The notes below the pieces were generated by a model that had not been told where the DNA came from, ran no database searches, and saw nothing but the letters and a program-made list of their open reading frames with translations. A stretch of 32,704 bases of DNA from an uncultured bacterium (lineage in GTDB: Bacteria > B130-G9). Below are positions 1 through 9,841 of the stretch, in pieces. The position numbers and the translations under genes were made by a program. Position 1 is the stretch's first letter. Every line of letters begins with the position of its first letter. The stretch covers positions 1 to 32,704 of the forward strand of contig CBDVDH010000045.1 in assembly GCA_965372715.1 (NCBI GenBank). The letters are read 5' to 3'.

Positions 1-2
1 TG

Positions 3-1004
3 AAGACACGGGATGCTGGCACGACCTTCGTCGCCCTGTCCGAAGGCCTGATCTGCACAAGCGTTAGGGACATCGCGATTGATCCCACAGACACAAGAAT
101 CGTATATGCCGCCACTGGAATGCGAGGCAGTAGTTATCCAGGGGCCGGGCTTTACGCGCTGGACCCGATCGCCGGGCTTGAATGGGAGTGGATCGAGTGT
201 CCGGGCATCGATGCGCGTGGTCTTTACAAAGTCGCTGTTGACCCCTGGGAGCAAGGCCGTGTTCTCTGCGCATTCATGGGCAACTCCCTTCACGCTTACC
301 AGAAAGCCGCCGAGCCAGCCATCGAACTCTCGCTCTCAACGGACCAGAACCAATACGTTGCTGGCGATACCCACGTTGGCAGAATATCAGCGACGAACAG
401 AGGTGGAGATATCGACGTTGACCTCTACGTCGCGATAATGCTGCCGGACGGCGCCCTGCTGTTCTGGCCAGACTTCAGCTCCGAGATGAGCCCCGGATAC
501 TGGATGACGCCGATGCCGGAGGGCTTCTCGATCGGCGACTACGTGTTCTTCGACATGGCGCTGCCGGACAGTCTGCCAGGCGGCGCATACACCTGGTTCG
601 CGATTTTCTATGGACAGGGCACGGAGGACGCGATCAGCAACCTGGCGAGCGCCGAGTGGACGTTTCTGCCGCAAAGGTGCCTCTGCGACTTCTGTGTTCT
701 CGAGGAGACCGAAAGCGATTGGCCGGGTTACTGCAGGGTCGAGTTCGGCCTAAGCCACCTGGTGCAGAGCGACCTGTGCTGCGGCCACAGCCCTCCTCGC
801 ACGCTTACGATCAGAGTGAACAGCAATGTGAGGTGTGTCATGGAGCCCGCTGGGATACAGCTCGGTGCCGATTGCGCTAAGCAGCTGTACCGGTCAGCGA
901 CATTCCTCATGCGGAGCGGTGAGGAGGCAAGCATTGAGATTCAGTGCAGTGCACATGACAGCTGCTGCATGTTCCTGCGCTACAGTCCGAATTGCATGGA
1001 TTAG
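3..1004 (+). CDS. 5'-truncated Asp-box/BNR-repeat beta-propeller protein with a C-terminal Ig-like domain and Cys-rich tail
   Basis: The frame of ORF 120..1004 is open back to the window start: KTRDAGTTFVALSEGLICTSVRDIAIDPTDTRIVYAATG. This is an Asp-box (T-x-D-x-G-x-T-F) plus a propeller-blade motif (IAIDP...VY), repeated as VAVDPWEQGRV. The true start lies upstream of the window. Confidence 0.75.
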   Translation, partial: KTRDAGTTFVALSEGLICTSVRDIAIDPTDTRIVYAATGMRGSSYPGAGLYALDPIAGLEWEWIECPGIDARGLYKVAVDPWEQGRVLCAFMGNSLHAYQKAAEPAIELSLSTDQNQYVAGDTHVGRISATNRGGDIDVDLYVAIMLPDGALLFWPDFSSEMSPGYWMTPMPEGFSIGDYVFFDMALPDSLPGGAYTWFAIFYGQGTEDAISNLASAEWTFLPQRCLCDFCVLEETESDWPGYCRVEFGLSHLVQSDLCCGHSPPRTLTIRVNSNVRCVMEPAGIQLGADCAKQLYRSATFLMRSGEEASIEIQCSAHDSCCMFLRYSPNCMD

Positions 1005-1095
1005 GCCTATGAAAGGTCAGTCCGTTTTTGGATAAGCCTTTCGGCCATTCCGTTATCGGGAAGTGCCGTTGCAGCAGCGATGCGTACAAGCCGTT

Positions 1096-4000
1096 TCAGG
1101 CCGTTTTCGCGGCGGATTGCGTCTGCCGAATACCCGACGACGGGCGAGCGGAGTCGCCTCCGCCGAGCAGCTTGCGCAGCGCCTCGATGGTGCTATCCTT
1201 GATCCTGTCGAGGTTCAAGGATTCGACTTTGGGGTCGGAGAGGTTGCCATAAACGCGGAAATAAGTTGGCAGCAAGGTCTTGTTCCCCTGGGTGATCATC
1301 GGCCCGACGAAGGGTATCTTATGGGTGATGCTCCCCATTGTGGGCAGCAGGAACACGCCTATTGTTGACTCAATCGACTGATTAAGCAGGTCGATATCGC
1401 AGATTGCGGTCATCTTCATCGAGCTGCCGACCAGCACGAAATCCCGCGTGGAAAGGACGCCGTCCCCGAGCGTCGCAGTGCACTTCAACAGCTCGTATGA
1501 CGTGCCGGTCGTGGCGAAATCCCGAAAGTCCATCTTGAAAATCCTAAGAATGTCCAGAAGCGAGAATATCTTGGACAGAATGCCAAGTTTCTTGATGACG
1601 CCGTCCCTCGACTTCAGCGTCAGTTGACCTTCGGCGAAGTTGAGCAGTTCGTCCGTGTCGCTGCCGCAAACTTGGAATCCGCCAGAGACACTTGCCCTAC
1701 CGGTCGCGAGAACCTTCTTCGTGCCCAGAAGGGCGAGCACTTCTTCTAACCTCACGTCCTTCATCTTGAAGTCCGTCTCGACGGAGAGGCCGCATTCCAT
1801 GAGTATTCGAGACACAAGGTTAAGATTGAGATTGCCCTGACAGAAATCCGTCTGGAAGCCGTCGATTCTCAGCACACCGTCTCGGACGGGCAGCGTAAGT
1901 TCTATCCGCCCGAAATCGTGCTCACCAGCCTTGAATCTGTCCACGCTGACCGACGCATCCACAGTGCCGCGGGCGAAGAAGGGCAGCTCCTCGAGCCAGG
2001 TCAAATCGGTGGCGGACGCAGCCGCAGTGACTGACGTCTCGGTAGCACTGCGAAGCGCACTTGGCTCTTTCGGGGAGAAGCCAGTTACGAAATCAGCAGT
2101 GTTGAGCTGAGGCGACCTGAGATTCAGGCGCAGAACATCCGCATCGAAATCGGCGCGTGCGTCTAGCGACACCGTTGACTGGCCGACCCTCACGCCAAAG
2201 CCGTCAACGTTGATCACATTTGGCGAGGCCTTACAAGCGAAGTTCAGGTTCTCGAAGTGTCTCTCCGAGCCGCTCAGGCCGAAGCTGACGTCCCGAGCTT
2301 GGAGTTGAGCCTCGAATCTCCGACCAGTGGGCGCCTGAGGGCCAGACTTGCCGTCCATACTCAAGACCAGCTCTCCACGTGCCAAACTGGGGTCCAACAT
2401 CGGCAGAAGGGCTGAGATGTCGGCCATTCTGACTGGGCTTTTCGCGATACGAAGGCTGAACTCTGGCTCCGTAAGGTCCGCGGCCTCCCCCGTGAACTTC
2501 AGCCTCGATGCGCCGACCATTACCTCGCCCCTGAGAGCGCTTAGCCGAGAGAGCTCCTGAAGTCGACCAGTGAGCGAGAAGTTGAGGTCAGCCCGGTCCG
2601 GGTCGAGGCAGATATCACCCCAAGACAGCCTGTCGCCCTGCGGCGAGACCCGCGCGTCAATCGTCAAGTCATCCGGCGCTCCCTTAGCTTTCAGCTCGAT
2701 TTCGGGCGCCTGAGAATATGAGAGTTCCTCAAAAAAGCTAGCGCCAAAGAACGTCCTCAGGTCTGAAAGCGAGGGTCTGACCGAGAGATGCACGTTGACA
2801 TCGGTCGTCTTCCATCTGTCTTTCTCAAGGGCAGCGAGAAGAGGCTCGTTGACCGAACCTTCGAGCTCAAAACCGCTCTTGCCCAAGACGCCCGACATAC
2901 TTCTGATATGGAGAGCCTCCTCGGTGACCTCGACATTGCCCGAAAGGCCGGAGAGCTCAAGCGGCACATCCTGGTGCTTTACGTCCAAATCCTGAAGTTC
3001 TGCCGCCACTTTGAATCTAGCGTCCTGAACGTTCTCAAGCGGGAAACTTGTTGTGGCCTCAACGCTCACCTGGCCCGACGCGAAATCCATCTGCTCCGCG
3101 GCCCGCCTGATAGATTCAGGCATCACCTCCGCCCCAAGGACCTTGTTGATGGCGTCTGCATCCAGCGTTGCGACGAGTCCCGCCTCGCATGAACTTGATG
3201 TCAGAGCTGAGCCGCCTGCGGTCTTTTGGCCGACTGTTTTGGCTATTGGAAGAAGCCTAAGCCAACCGCTCAACTTCGCTTTGGTATCGATGTGAGCGAC
3301 CATTGGGCAGAAGCGGGCAAGCTCGGACACATTAGTTTCATTCAGATATGCCGATAGCTCCCAACGGGGTGCGTCCGTTTTGACGAACTTACCTGAACCG
3401 CGCACGGTCACCCCGCCGATTTTCAGCTGCGCCTCATCTATCGAGACTTCCTCAAGCCCCGTTGTCGTGGCCGAAACGCTGAGGTTGCAGGTTTGCCCGG
3501 GCAGCTTCCTGAACCATTCGCCGTAGCTGATCTCATTCTCAGTGAGGCCTGCGTTTATCGCGAGTTTGAGCTCATCTAGCTTCCCTTTGGCGCTCATTTT
3601 AATCTCGATAGTGGGGCCAGTGCACGCCATCGGATACCCGGGATCAGAGAGATCGAGAAGCGCCTGCAGCGATTCAGGTTTAGCGCGAATCACCCCCTCG
3701 ACGGACATCTGCTCCGAAGCTGAAAACGGATTCTCTATCGTTATCGTTGCATCAATCGGGGGCTTGCCCCTTGCAGGCTGTTTGATTCTTATCTTGGCAG
3801 ATCGCGGTTCGATGTGCGCCACGATGTATGGAATCCTTAGCTCGAGGTCGGAGGGGATATAGCGGAGTCTCCCTCTCCAGAAGGTTAACCTGACGTCAAA
3901 TTGCGCATCGTATGCCTCGGCTAAGAAAGCCGTGAGATTTCCGGAACCTATGAGCTCACCCTCGAGCTTGTCCACATTCCTGAAGAACGGCGCCGCTGCC

Positions 4001-5607
4001 GATAGTGACGGAACTGAGGCGCAGATGACAGGTATTCCTGAGAAAGAAGAAGTGGCCTTAAGTCGCGCAACGACCATCGGTTCGTCCTTCCTTGAGGGAT
4101 CCCGGTCCTCACCCGGGCTCATCCACGGTTGCCCGTATGCCTTCTCTGTCAGATCTCCGAGGAATCCCCAGTGGGTCGATATGCTCTCAATGGAGCACAC
4201 GGGTTGATCTGCATTTGGGCTCGCAATTAAACCCTCTCTAATCCTCGCGCTGACAATTCCATCTTGCAGTGAGACCGAGCCAGAGAGCTTTCTCAAGTCA
4301 AGAGTCTCGTAGAATGGCGAGACAGTTGCGTTACGTATTGAGAAGTGTGCGGCCAACGATTTGGGCGCGAGCGAGGAGTCATCGCTTAGGTCGGAGGCCT
4401 TGCCCATGAATTCTACCATCAATCGACGAAGCTCGCCCGAGATGCTCATGCTGTTGATCTTCTCTCGCGCATCTTCCGGCATGAGCGGGGCGGGGAAGAG
4501 GTCCAATGCTGTGGCAAGAGGCATCTCGTAGCAACCGACTTCGAACGCGACTCCCGGGTCGGGCGCCCCGAACCTTACTATAACCAACTTCCCACTGAGC
4601 TTGTTTGTGTCAATGGTCATGTGGATCGGCTGCGCGATGAAATCCGTACGGTCAGCGAGAATCTGAAACGTCATACTAAGGTCATGTGCCCCACCTGCAT
4701 TCTGCCCGGCAAGACTGTTCCTCAGGCTCAGCTGTTTTATCTCGGCCTGGCCGTCAAATGCAATTCGCCTGGAGTCTTGCGTCTCGATTGAGACTTCAAT
4801 GCCGCAGTGTCCGGAGAATCCAGCATCGCGCACCTTTGACGGCAAATAAGCAGTGAAGAGGGGCAAAGGGATTTGCTCCGCGGAGACGTTGCCTTTCAGC
4901 CTAAACGGCAACAACCCGTCGCGGGAGCTTAACACGGACGGGTCGATCTCAAACTCTGCCTCGATCTCGCCCGCGTCGCCGCCGCAGGGAAGGTTGCACG
5001 AGGCGCTCACGTCGAACGGCGCGTCGCTGCTCATGCCGCGGACCTCGATGTCGGTGTCGCAGAACCACGTCTCGACCGTCGCCGGTGAGGCGACCACGCG
5101 ATCTAGGAGTGTTATGTGCCCGCCGGAGATGCTCACGTCCAGTCGTTCAGGAAGCATGTCCGACGCGCGCAAGAAGCTGAGCGGGCTCTCTCCGCCGCTC
5201 GCAACAGGAGGACGCGGGGCTGACAGGTCTTCTGACTTCCGGTCGCGAACGAGCCACACCTGCGGGTTGCGAATGTGGACCTCCTCGACAAGTAGCTTCC
5301 CGAAAAGGAGTGAGACGACATCCAGATCAATTCTCGCCCGCGGCACGGACAGCTTCTCGATTGGCCCGACCCCGTCGGGGATTTCGACGCTCGAAACAAC
5401 GAAGCTCACGTCAGGAAGGATCGCCAGCCGCCCACTCTTAATCGCAACCCGCGAGCCAAGCGCCTCGGTCAGCGCATCGGCAAGCAGGTGGGCGTAGCTG
5501 TCGAGATTGATGAGAGACGGAACCGTAAGGACCGCGACCAGCAGCAGAATCGCCGCCGCGAAAAGCCTCACAAGAGTCCTTTTGCTGCTCAATCTTGACC
5601 AGTTCAT
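1096..5607 (-). CDS. AsmA/YhdP-like large periplasmic protein (AsmA-like C-terminal region)
   Basis: ORF of ~1,500 aa with one N-terminal hydrophobic anchor (LFAAAILLLVAVLTVPSLINL) and repeated beta-strand-rich segments. The C-terminus (GQLTLKSRDGVI...YELLKCTATLGDGVLSTRDFVLVGSSMKMTAICDIDL...FRVYGNLSDPKV) is typical of AsmA_2-type domains. Start placed at ATG 5607; the ORF track extends it to a TTG at 5658. Confidence 0.8.
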   Translation of the reverse strand: MNWSRLSSKRTLVRLFAAAILLLVAVLTVPSLINLDSYAHLLADALTEALGSRVAIKSGRLAILPDVSFVVSSVEIPDGVGPIEKLSVPRARIDLDVVSLLFGKLLVEEVHIRNPQVWLVRDRKSEDLSAPRPPVASGGESPLSFLRASDMLPERLDVSISGGHITLLDRVVASPATVETWFCDTDIEVRGMSSDAPFDVSASCNLPCGGDAGEIEAEFEIDPSVLSSRDGLLPFRLKGNVSAEQIPLPLFTAYLPSKVRDAGFSGHCGIEVSIETQDSRRIAFDGQAEIKQLSLRNSLAGQNAGGAHDLSMTFQILADRTDFIAQPIHMTIDTNKLSGKLVIVRFGAPDPGVAFEVGCYEMPLATALDLFPAPLMPEDAREKINSMSISGELRRLMVEFMGKASDLSDDSSLAPKSLAAHFSIRNATVSPFYETLDLRKLSGSVSLQDGIVSARIREGLIASPNADQPVCSIESISTHWGFLGDLTEKAYGQPWMSPGEDRDPSRKDEPMVVARLKATSSFSGIPVICASVPSLSAAAPFFRNVDKLEGELIGSGNLTAFLAEAYDAQFDVRLTFWRGRLRYIPSDLELRIPYIVAHIEPRSAKIRIKQPARGKPPIDATITIENPFSASEQMSVEGVIRAKPESLQALLDLSDPGYPMACTGPTIEIKMSAKGKLDELKLAINAGLTENEISYGEWFRKLPGQTCNLSVSATTTGLEEVSIDEAQLKIGGVTVRGSGKFVKTDAPRWELSAYLNETNVSELARFCPMVAHIDTKAKLSGWLRLLPIAKTVGQKTAGGSALTSSSCEAGLVATLDADAINKVLGAEVMPESIRRAAEQMDFASGQVSVEATTSFPLENVQDARFKVAAELQDLDVKHQDVPLELSGLSGNVEVTEEALHIRSMSGVLGKSGFELEGSVNEPLLAALEKDRWKTTDVNVHLSVRPSLSDLRTFFGASFFEELSYSQAPEIELKAKGAPDDLTIDARVSPQGDRLSWGDICLDPDRADLNFSLTGRLQELSRLSALRGEVMVGASRLKFTGEAADLTEPEFSLRIAKSPVRMADISALLPMLDPSLARGELVLSMDGKSGPQAPTGRRFEAQLQARDVSFGLSGSERHFENLNFACKASPNVINVDGFGVRVGQSTVSLDARADFDADVLRLNLRSPQLNTADFVTGFSPKEPSALRSATETSVTAAASATDLTWLEELPFFARGTVDASVSVDRFKAGEHDFGRIELTLPVRDGVLRIDGFQTDFCQGNLNLNLVSRILMECGLSVETDFKMKDVRLEEVLALLGTKKVLATGRASVSGGFQVCGSDTDELLNFAEGQLTLKSRDGVIKKLGILSKIFSLLDILRIFKMDFRDFATTGTSYELLKCTATLGDGVLSTRDFVLVGSSMKMTAICDIDLLNQSIESTIGVFLLPTMGSITHKIPFVGPMITQGNKTLLPTYFRVYGNLSDPKVESLNLDRIKDSTIEALRKLLGGGDSARPSSGIRQTQSAAKTA

Positions 5608-5746
5608 GCGTCTCTTAATGCCCTGAGATATGATGAGACCATCTAATGGAAGCGCCAAATCGGATCATTTCAACTCACTCAGTTCCCATTGGTCTGGGTT
5701 AGCGAAGCTGACGACGATTCGCCAGCAGGGCTGGCCGCTATGTGCT

Positions 5747-6049
5747 CTAGTTTGATTCGATTGGGATTCTTCCGAGGTCGCGGCTACCATGCACAACCGC
5801 AAGCACTAGAACCTGTTCCTCAGCGAGGCGATAAATGATACGGTAGTTGTGAAATACGATTTCACGAAGTGTCTCATCGTCATACTCCGGCACAGTCCTT
5901 CCGATCTTCGGGAAATCACGGAGACGTTCTACAGCGCCGATTATCCGTTGGACAAATAGCTTCGCATAGTGAAGAGAGTCGAGCGCAATGTGCTCTGCTA
6001 TTGAGCGGAGGTTCTCTCGGGCCGAATCCGACCACACTACTCGAGCCAT
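5747..6049 (-). CDS. Type II toxin, RelE/ParE family
   Basis: 100 aa, with VVWSDSARENLRSIAEHIALDS...LRDFPKIGRTVPE...LREIVFHNYRIIYR...VLAVVHGSRDL. Overlaps the upstream antitoxin by 13 nt. Confidence 0.9.
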   Translation of the reverse strand: MARVVWSDSARENLRSIAEHIALDSLHYAKLFVQRIIGAVERLRDFPKIGRTVPEYDDETLREIVFHNYRIIYRLAEEQVLVLAVVHGSRDLGRIPIESN

Positions 6050-6222
6050 TCCGAGAACTCTTTCTTGACTTCCTCATGCGACTTCACACGTCCCTCTTCG
6101 ACATCCTTCAGGCCTTTCTCGATCTTGCCTCTGACATAAAGCTCATATTGGATGTCTTCCAAATCACAGTCGTCTGGGAGAGACTGTATTATCTTTATTG
6201 CTTCTTCCTTCAGCTTGGACAT
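6037..6222 (-). CDS. Antitoxin / addiction-module component
   Basis: 61-aa acidic protein (LPDDCDLEDIQYELYVRGKIEKGLKDVEEGRVKSHEEVKK) directly upstream of and overlapping the toxin. AGGAGAAGGA RBS on the minus strand. Confidence 0.85.
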   Translation of the reverse strand: MSKLKEEAIKIIQSLPDDCDLEDIQYELYVRGKIEKGLKDVEEGRVKSHEEVKKEFSEWLE

Positions 6223-6513
6223 TTCCTTCTCCTATCACAGGTGCTTTGCTGCTTGAATCGATGAAGCGTTTGTAGCGATTGTTTTACCATAAGGACGCCA
6301 AAGATACACAGAGAAAAGATCGCCGTGGCCTCGTCGCAGGCAGCGGAGGCGGCGGGACAGCTCTGCTCAGTCATTTCGAGGCCCTGGCGCAGGCGGTGTT
6401 GGCCCTTACCCTTTCGGCTTGCTGTCCGCCGTGGTTCGCATCGGGGCGGACGAAGGAGGATTCTCCTCTCGCCCCGTTTTCCCGTTTCCAGAAACTCCCC
6501 TCGCAACTTCTCG

Positions 6514-6542
6514 TTGACTCTTTGGGGCTGCACAAATACATT
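6514..6542 (+). promoter_or_regulatory. Putative sigma70 promoter of the clpX operon
   Basis: TTGACT (6514-6519), 17-nt spacer, TACATT (6537-6542), just upstream of clpX. Confidence 0.55.
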
Positions 6543-6582
6543 CACACAATAGCTTTTCAAACTCGTGCGGAGACCACACAGA

Positions 6583-7809
6583 TTGGCTAACAAGAATGCT
6601 GTCTGCTCATTCTGCGGCAGAAGCAAGAATCAGGTGAAAAGCCTCATCGGCGGGCAAGCCGTCTATATATGCGACGAGTGCGTTCGCTCGTGCGGCGATA
6701 TACTCCGGAAGGAGGAGGCCCTGGGCACAACATTGCCCAGGTTCAAGAGATTGCCCAAGCCGGCCGAGATGAAGGAGCAGATAGACCAGTATGTCATCGG
6801 GCAGGAGAAATCAAAGAAAGTCCTGTCTGTGGCAGTTTACAACCACTACAAGCGGATCAGCTCCAACGTATCCACGTCAGACGTTGATCTGAGCAAGAGC
6901 AATATCCTCTTGATAGGACCGACCGGGGTAGGGAAGACCTTGCTCGCCGAGACGCTTGCCAGAATCCTGAAGGTTCCGTTTGCGATAGCCGATGCGACCA
7001 CTCTTACAGAGGCGGGCTATGTAGGGGACGACGTAGAGAGCTTGCTCCTGAAGCTGATCCAGAATGCGGATTTCAACATCCGGTCGGCTGAGAGGGGTAT
7101 AATATACGTTGATGAAATCGACAAGATCGCGAGGAAGTCGGAGAACGTTTCGATCACGAGGGACGTCTCTGGCGAGGGCGTTCAGCAGGCTCTCCTGAAG
7201 ATAGTCGAGGGCACTTCCGCTGGGGTCCCGCCTCAAGGGGGCCGTAAACATCCCCATCAAGAGACTTTAAACATCAACACGCGGGATATTCTGTTCATTT
7301 GTGGCGGCGCGTTCAACGACTTGGAGAAGATCGTTGGCAAGCGGGTCAGAAAGAAACGGATGGGATTCGGCGGGGAGATACACGCGAAAGAGCAGGTGAG
7401 CCCCTTTGAGCTCCTTTCGCAGGTTGAGCCGCGGGACCTCGTGAAATACGGCCTTATCCCTGAGCTAGTCGGTCGGATGCCGGTCATCGCGGTGTTGCAC
7501 GAGCTAGAAGAGCCTGCCTTGGTGCGGATTCTGTCCGAGCCAAAGAACGCTCTTGTGAAGCAGTACAAACGTTTGCTTCAAATGGACAACGTCAGTCTTC
7601 GCTTCACGGACGACGCGCTGCGTGAGATAGCCAAGGAGGCCATGAAGCGCAACACCGGGGCGCGCGGGCTGCGAGCCATCCTGGAGTCTATTATGTTGGA
7701 CATAATGTATGACCTGCCCTCCCGAAAAGGTGTAACCGAATGCGTCATAACCCGGGGCGTCATTGCCCAGAATCGTAAGGCGACGCTCGTCACAAGCAAG
7801 GCGGGATAG
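6583..7809 (+). CDS. clpX: ATP-dependent Clp protease ATP-binding subunit ClpX
   Basis: Zn finger CSFC...ICDEC, Walker [44 protein letters not shown] loop, MGF (IGF-type) loop and TGARGLR. Start is TTG 6583 (GGAG at 6569-6572) or GTG 6565. Confidence 0.97.
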   Translation: MANKNAVCSFCGRSKNQVKSLIGGQAVYICDECVRSCGDILRKEEALGTTLPRFKRLPKPAEMKEQIDQYVIGQEKSKKVLSVAVYNHYKRISSNVSTSDVDLSKSNILLIGPTGVGKTLLAETLARILKVPFAIADATTLTEAGYVGDDVESLLLKLIQNADFNIRSAERGIIYVDEIDKIARKSENVSITRDVSGEGVQQALLKIVEGTSAGVPPQGGRKHPHQETLNINTRDILFICGGAFNDLEKIVGKRVRKKRMGFGGEIHAKEQVSPFELLSQVEPRDLVKYGLIPELVGRMPVIAVLHELEEPALVRILSEPKNALVKQYKRLLQMDNVSLRFTDDALREIAKEAMKRNTGARGLRAILESIMLDIMYDLPSRKGVTECVITRGVIAQNRKATLVTSKAG

Positions 7810-7880
7810 AATGAACGGGTGCGTTTCAGCGAGCGTTTTAGCGAGTTGGCAGCGGACTACAACGTGAATGGAGCGCTAAT

Positions 7881-8759
7881 ATGGTTATGAAGAGCATGAC
7901 GGGATACGGTCAAGGCGGCGCTACTTTCGAGGATGCAACCATAAGAACAGAGATTAGATCGGTGAATAATCGCTTTCTCGATGTCTCCGTCAGGACGCCG
8001 CCGGGCCTCATGAAGTACGAGCAGAAGATCCGAGACTTGGTCTCGGGGCGAATCAAGCGCGGCAAGATCGATGTCTTTGTCTCTGCACCCGCCGGTCTGG
8101 CGGGAACGACCAGGGTCTCGGTCGATGAGTCGCTTGTGTCCGAATTCATAGCTGTGCTGAGGCGTATCTCACAGGAGCATGGGCTTTCGGGCGACGTCGG
8201 GCTGGAGATGTTGGCAGGTTTCAGGCCAGCTTTTTGCGTGGAGACAACACCAGACACGAAGGAACTATGGGACCCGATTGAGGATTGCATTACCCAGTCG
8301 CTCGAACAGATGTTACAGATGCGAGAGAAGGAGGGCGCAAGCCTTCAGGCGAAGGTCACCGAGCAAATTGAGAGTCTCAAGCAAGACATGAAAGGACTCG
8401 AGGGCGATCTTGTCGGTAGCGAGCAGCGAATACGAGACAGACTGCTCGAGTTCGTTCGGAAGCAGTGTGAGATGCCCGAGCTGGACAGCGATCGACTGGA
8501 GCAGGAGGTAGCCTTTCTGTTGGTGAAGTCCGACGTTTCAGAAGAGATGGCCCGGCTCTTCAGCCATCTGAATCAATTTCAGTCCCTGAGTAAGGCTGAT
8601 TCGGCGGTGGGCAAGCAGCTCATATTCATCTGTCAAGAGATGCTCCGCGAGGTCAACGCAATCGCGTCCAAATCACAGTCGAAGGAAATTGCCGCTCGGA
8701 CGATAGAGATGAAGTCGCGTATCGAGATAATTCGCGAACAGCTCAACAACATCGAGTAG
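7881..8759 (+). CDS. yicC: YicC/YloC family protein (endoribonuclease)
   Basis: SMTGYG, EIRSVNNRFLD, RGKIDV, RLEQEV, DVSEEMARLFSH, GKQLIFICQEMLREVNAIASK and IREQLNNIE motifs. Confidence 0.93.
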   Translation: MVMKSMTGYGQGGATFEDATIRTEIRSVNNRFLDVSVRTPPGLMKYEQKIRDLVSGRIKRGKIDVFVSAPAGLAGTTRVSVDESLVSEFIAVLRRISQEHGLSGDVGLEMLAGFRPAFCVETTPDTKELWDPIEDCITQSLEQMLQMREKEGASLQAKVTEQIESLKQDMKGLEGDLVGSEQRIRDRLLEFVRKQCEMPELDSDRLEQEVAFLLVKSDVSEEMARLFSHLNQFQSLSKADSAVGKQLIFICQEMLREVNAIASKSQSKEIAARTIEMKSRIEIIREQLNNIE

Positions 8760-8773
8760 GAAGGCCGGCGATA

Positions 8774-9841
8774 GTGTTTGAGAAGCGGCCAGGGAGCGGT
8801 TCCGAGCGCAGACCCAGCGATGAAGGAGTGCCCGATGGCGGTGCAACAAAGGACATCTCATCCACAACCTTGATCGCGGATATTCCTGACACAAAGGGCG
8901 ATTTCGTCGGGACATACTTGCTCAAATCCAAGACGCTTACCGAGAGCAAGAGCGGGGCAGTGTATCTGAGGCTTCGGCTGAGCGACAAGAGCGGCGAGAT
9001 CGATGCCTTCGTCTGGCAAGATGTTGAGGCCGCGGATTCGAGCGTCGCAACTGGTCAAGTCATCAAGCTCAAGGGAAGAGCCAACATTTATCAACAAAGA
9101 CCGAATGTTAAGGTTCTTAAGTTGAGGCCAGCTCTAGAGAATGAATACGACGTCAGGACGATGGTTGAATGTCCAAAGACGGACCCAGAGGAGCTTTTCG
9201 CGGTGGTCAAGGAGATGATCGAAGGGGTTGGTGACGCGCACTTCAGGGCCCTCCTGGATGAGGTGTTCTCGGATGAGGAGTTCGTATCGCGGTTCAAGAC
9301 TGCCCCAGGAGCGAAGGCGATTCACCACGCGTATCGTGGCGGTCTTCTGGAGCACACCGTGTCGCTATTGCGCCTCGCGACTGGCATCAGCGAGTTCTAT
9401 GGCGATTTAGACACAGACCTTCTGATCACGAGCTGCATACTGCACGACATAGGGAAGATGCAGGAGTACAACGAGGAGCTTGCCATCGAGCGGACGACTG
9501 ACGGGCGCCTCCTGGGTCACATCGTGCTCGGTTTGCTGAGCTTGCAGCGCTACGTCGAGAGACTCGACCAGTTTCCTCCTGTGAAATGGCGGAAGCTGGT
9601 GCACGTTCTGATAAGCCATCACGGGAGCCTCGAATGGGGTTCTCCTCAAGTGCCGATGACGCTTGAGGCGATAACGCTTCATTATATCGACAACCTCGAT
9701 GCCAAGCTGGGTCAATTCAGAGCAGTGTCAAAGAAACGTAAGGACCCCAACTTCGAGGGCTTCACGACCTACGACAAGTTTCTTGAGCGGTATGTGTATT
9801 TCGGGGACCGCCAGGCAAAGACAGATAGTGAGGAGGGCTGA
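8774..9841 (+). CDS. yhaM: YhaM/Cbf1-like 3'-5' exoribonuclease (OB-fold + HD domain)
   Basis: OB region YLRLRLSDKSGEIDAFVW. HD region PGAKAIHHAYRGGLLEHT, LHDIGK, GRLLGHI, SHHGSLEWGSP, LHYIDNLDAK. Start codon uncertain. Confidence 0.88.
   Translation: MFEKRPGSGSERRPSDEGVPDGGATKDISSTTLIADIPDTKGDFVGTYLLKSKTLTESKSGAVYLRLRLSDKSGEIDAFVWQDVEAADSSVATGQVIKLKGRANIYQQRPNVKVLKLRPALENEYDVRTMVECPKTDPEELFAVVKEMIEGVGDAHFRALLDEVFSDEEFVSRFKTAPGAKAIHHAYRGGLLEHTVSLLRLATGISEFYGDLDTDLLITSCILHDIGKMQEYNEELAIERTTDGRLLGHIVLGLLSLQRYVERLDQFPPVKWRKLVHVLISHHGSLEWGSPQVPMTLEAITLHYIDNLDAKLGQFRAVSKKRKDPNFEGFTTYDKFLERYVYFGDRQAKTDSEEG

Noticed and set aside
4853-5497. 214-aa plus-strand ORF (and other antisense ORFs) inside the AsmA-like gene
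   Set aside because: Ser/Arg-rich shadow ORF antisense to a well-supported gene, with no motifs.
6424-6451. GGTTCGCATC resembling a tRNA T-loop inside a GTCCGCC/GGCGGAC stem
   Set aside because: No acceptor, D or anticodon arms can be built around it.
6210-6626. Overlapping ORFs 6210..6626(-), 6279..6590(+) and 6325..6552(+) in the TA-clpX spacer
   Set aside because: No recognisable motifs or RBS, mutually overlapping, and they cover the clpX promoter-like element.
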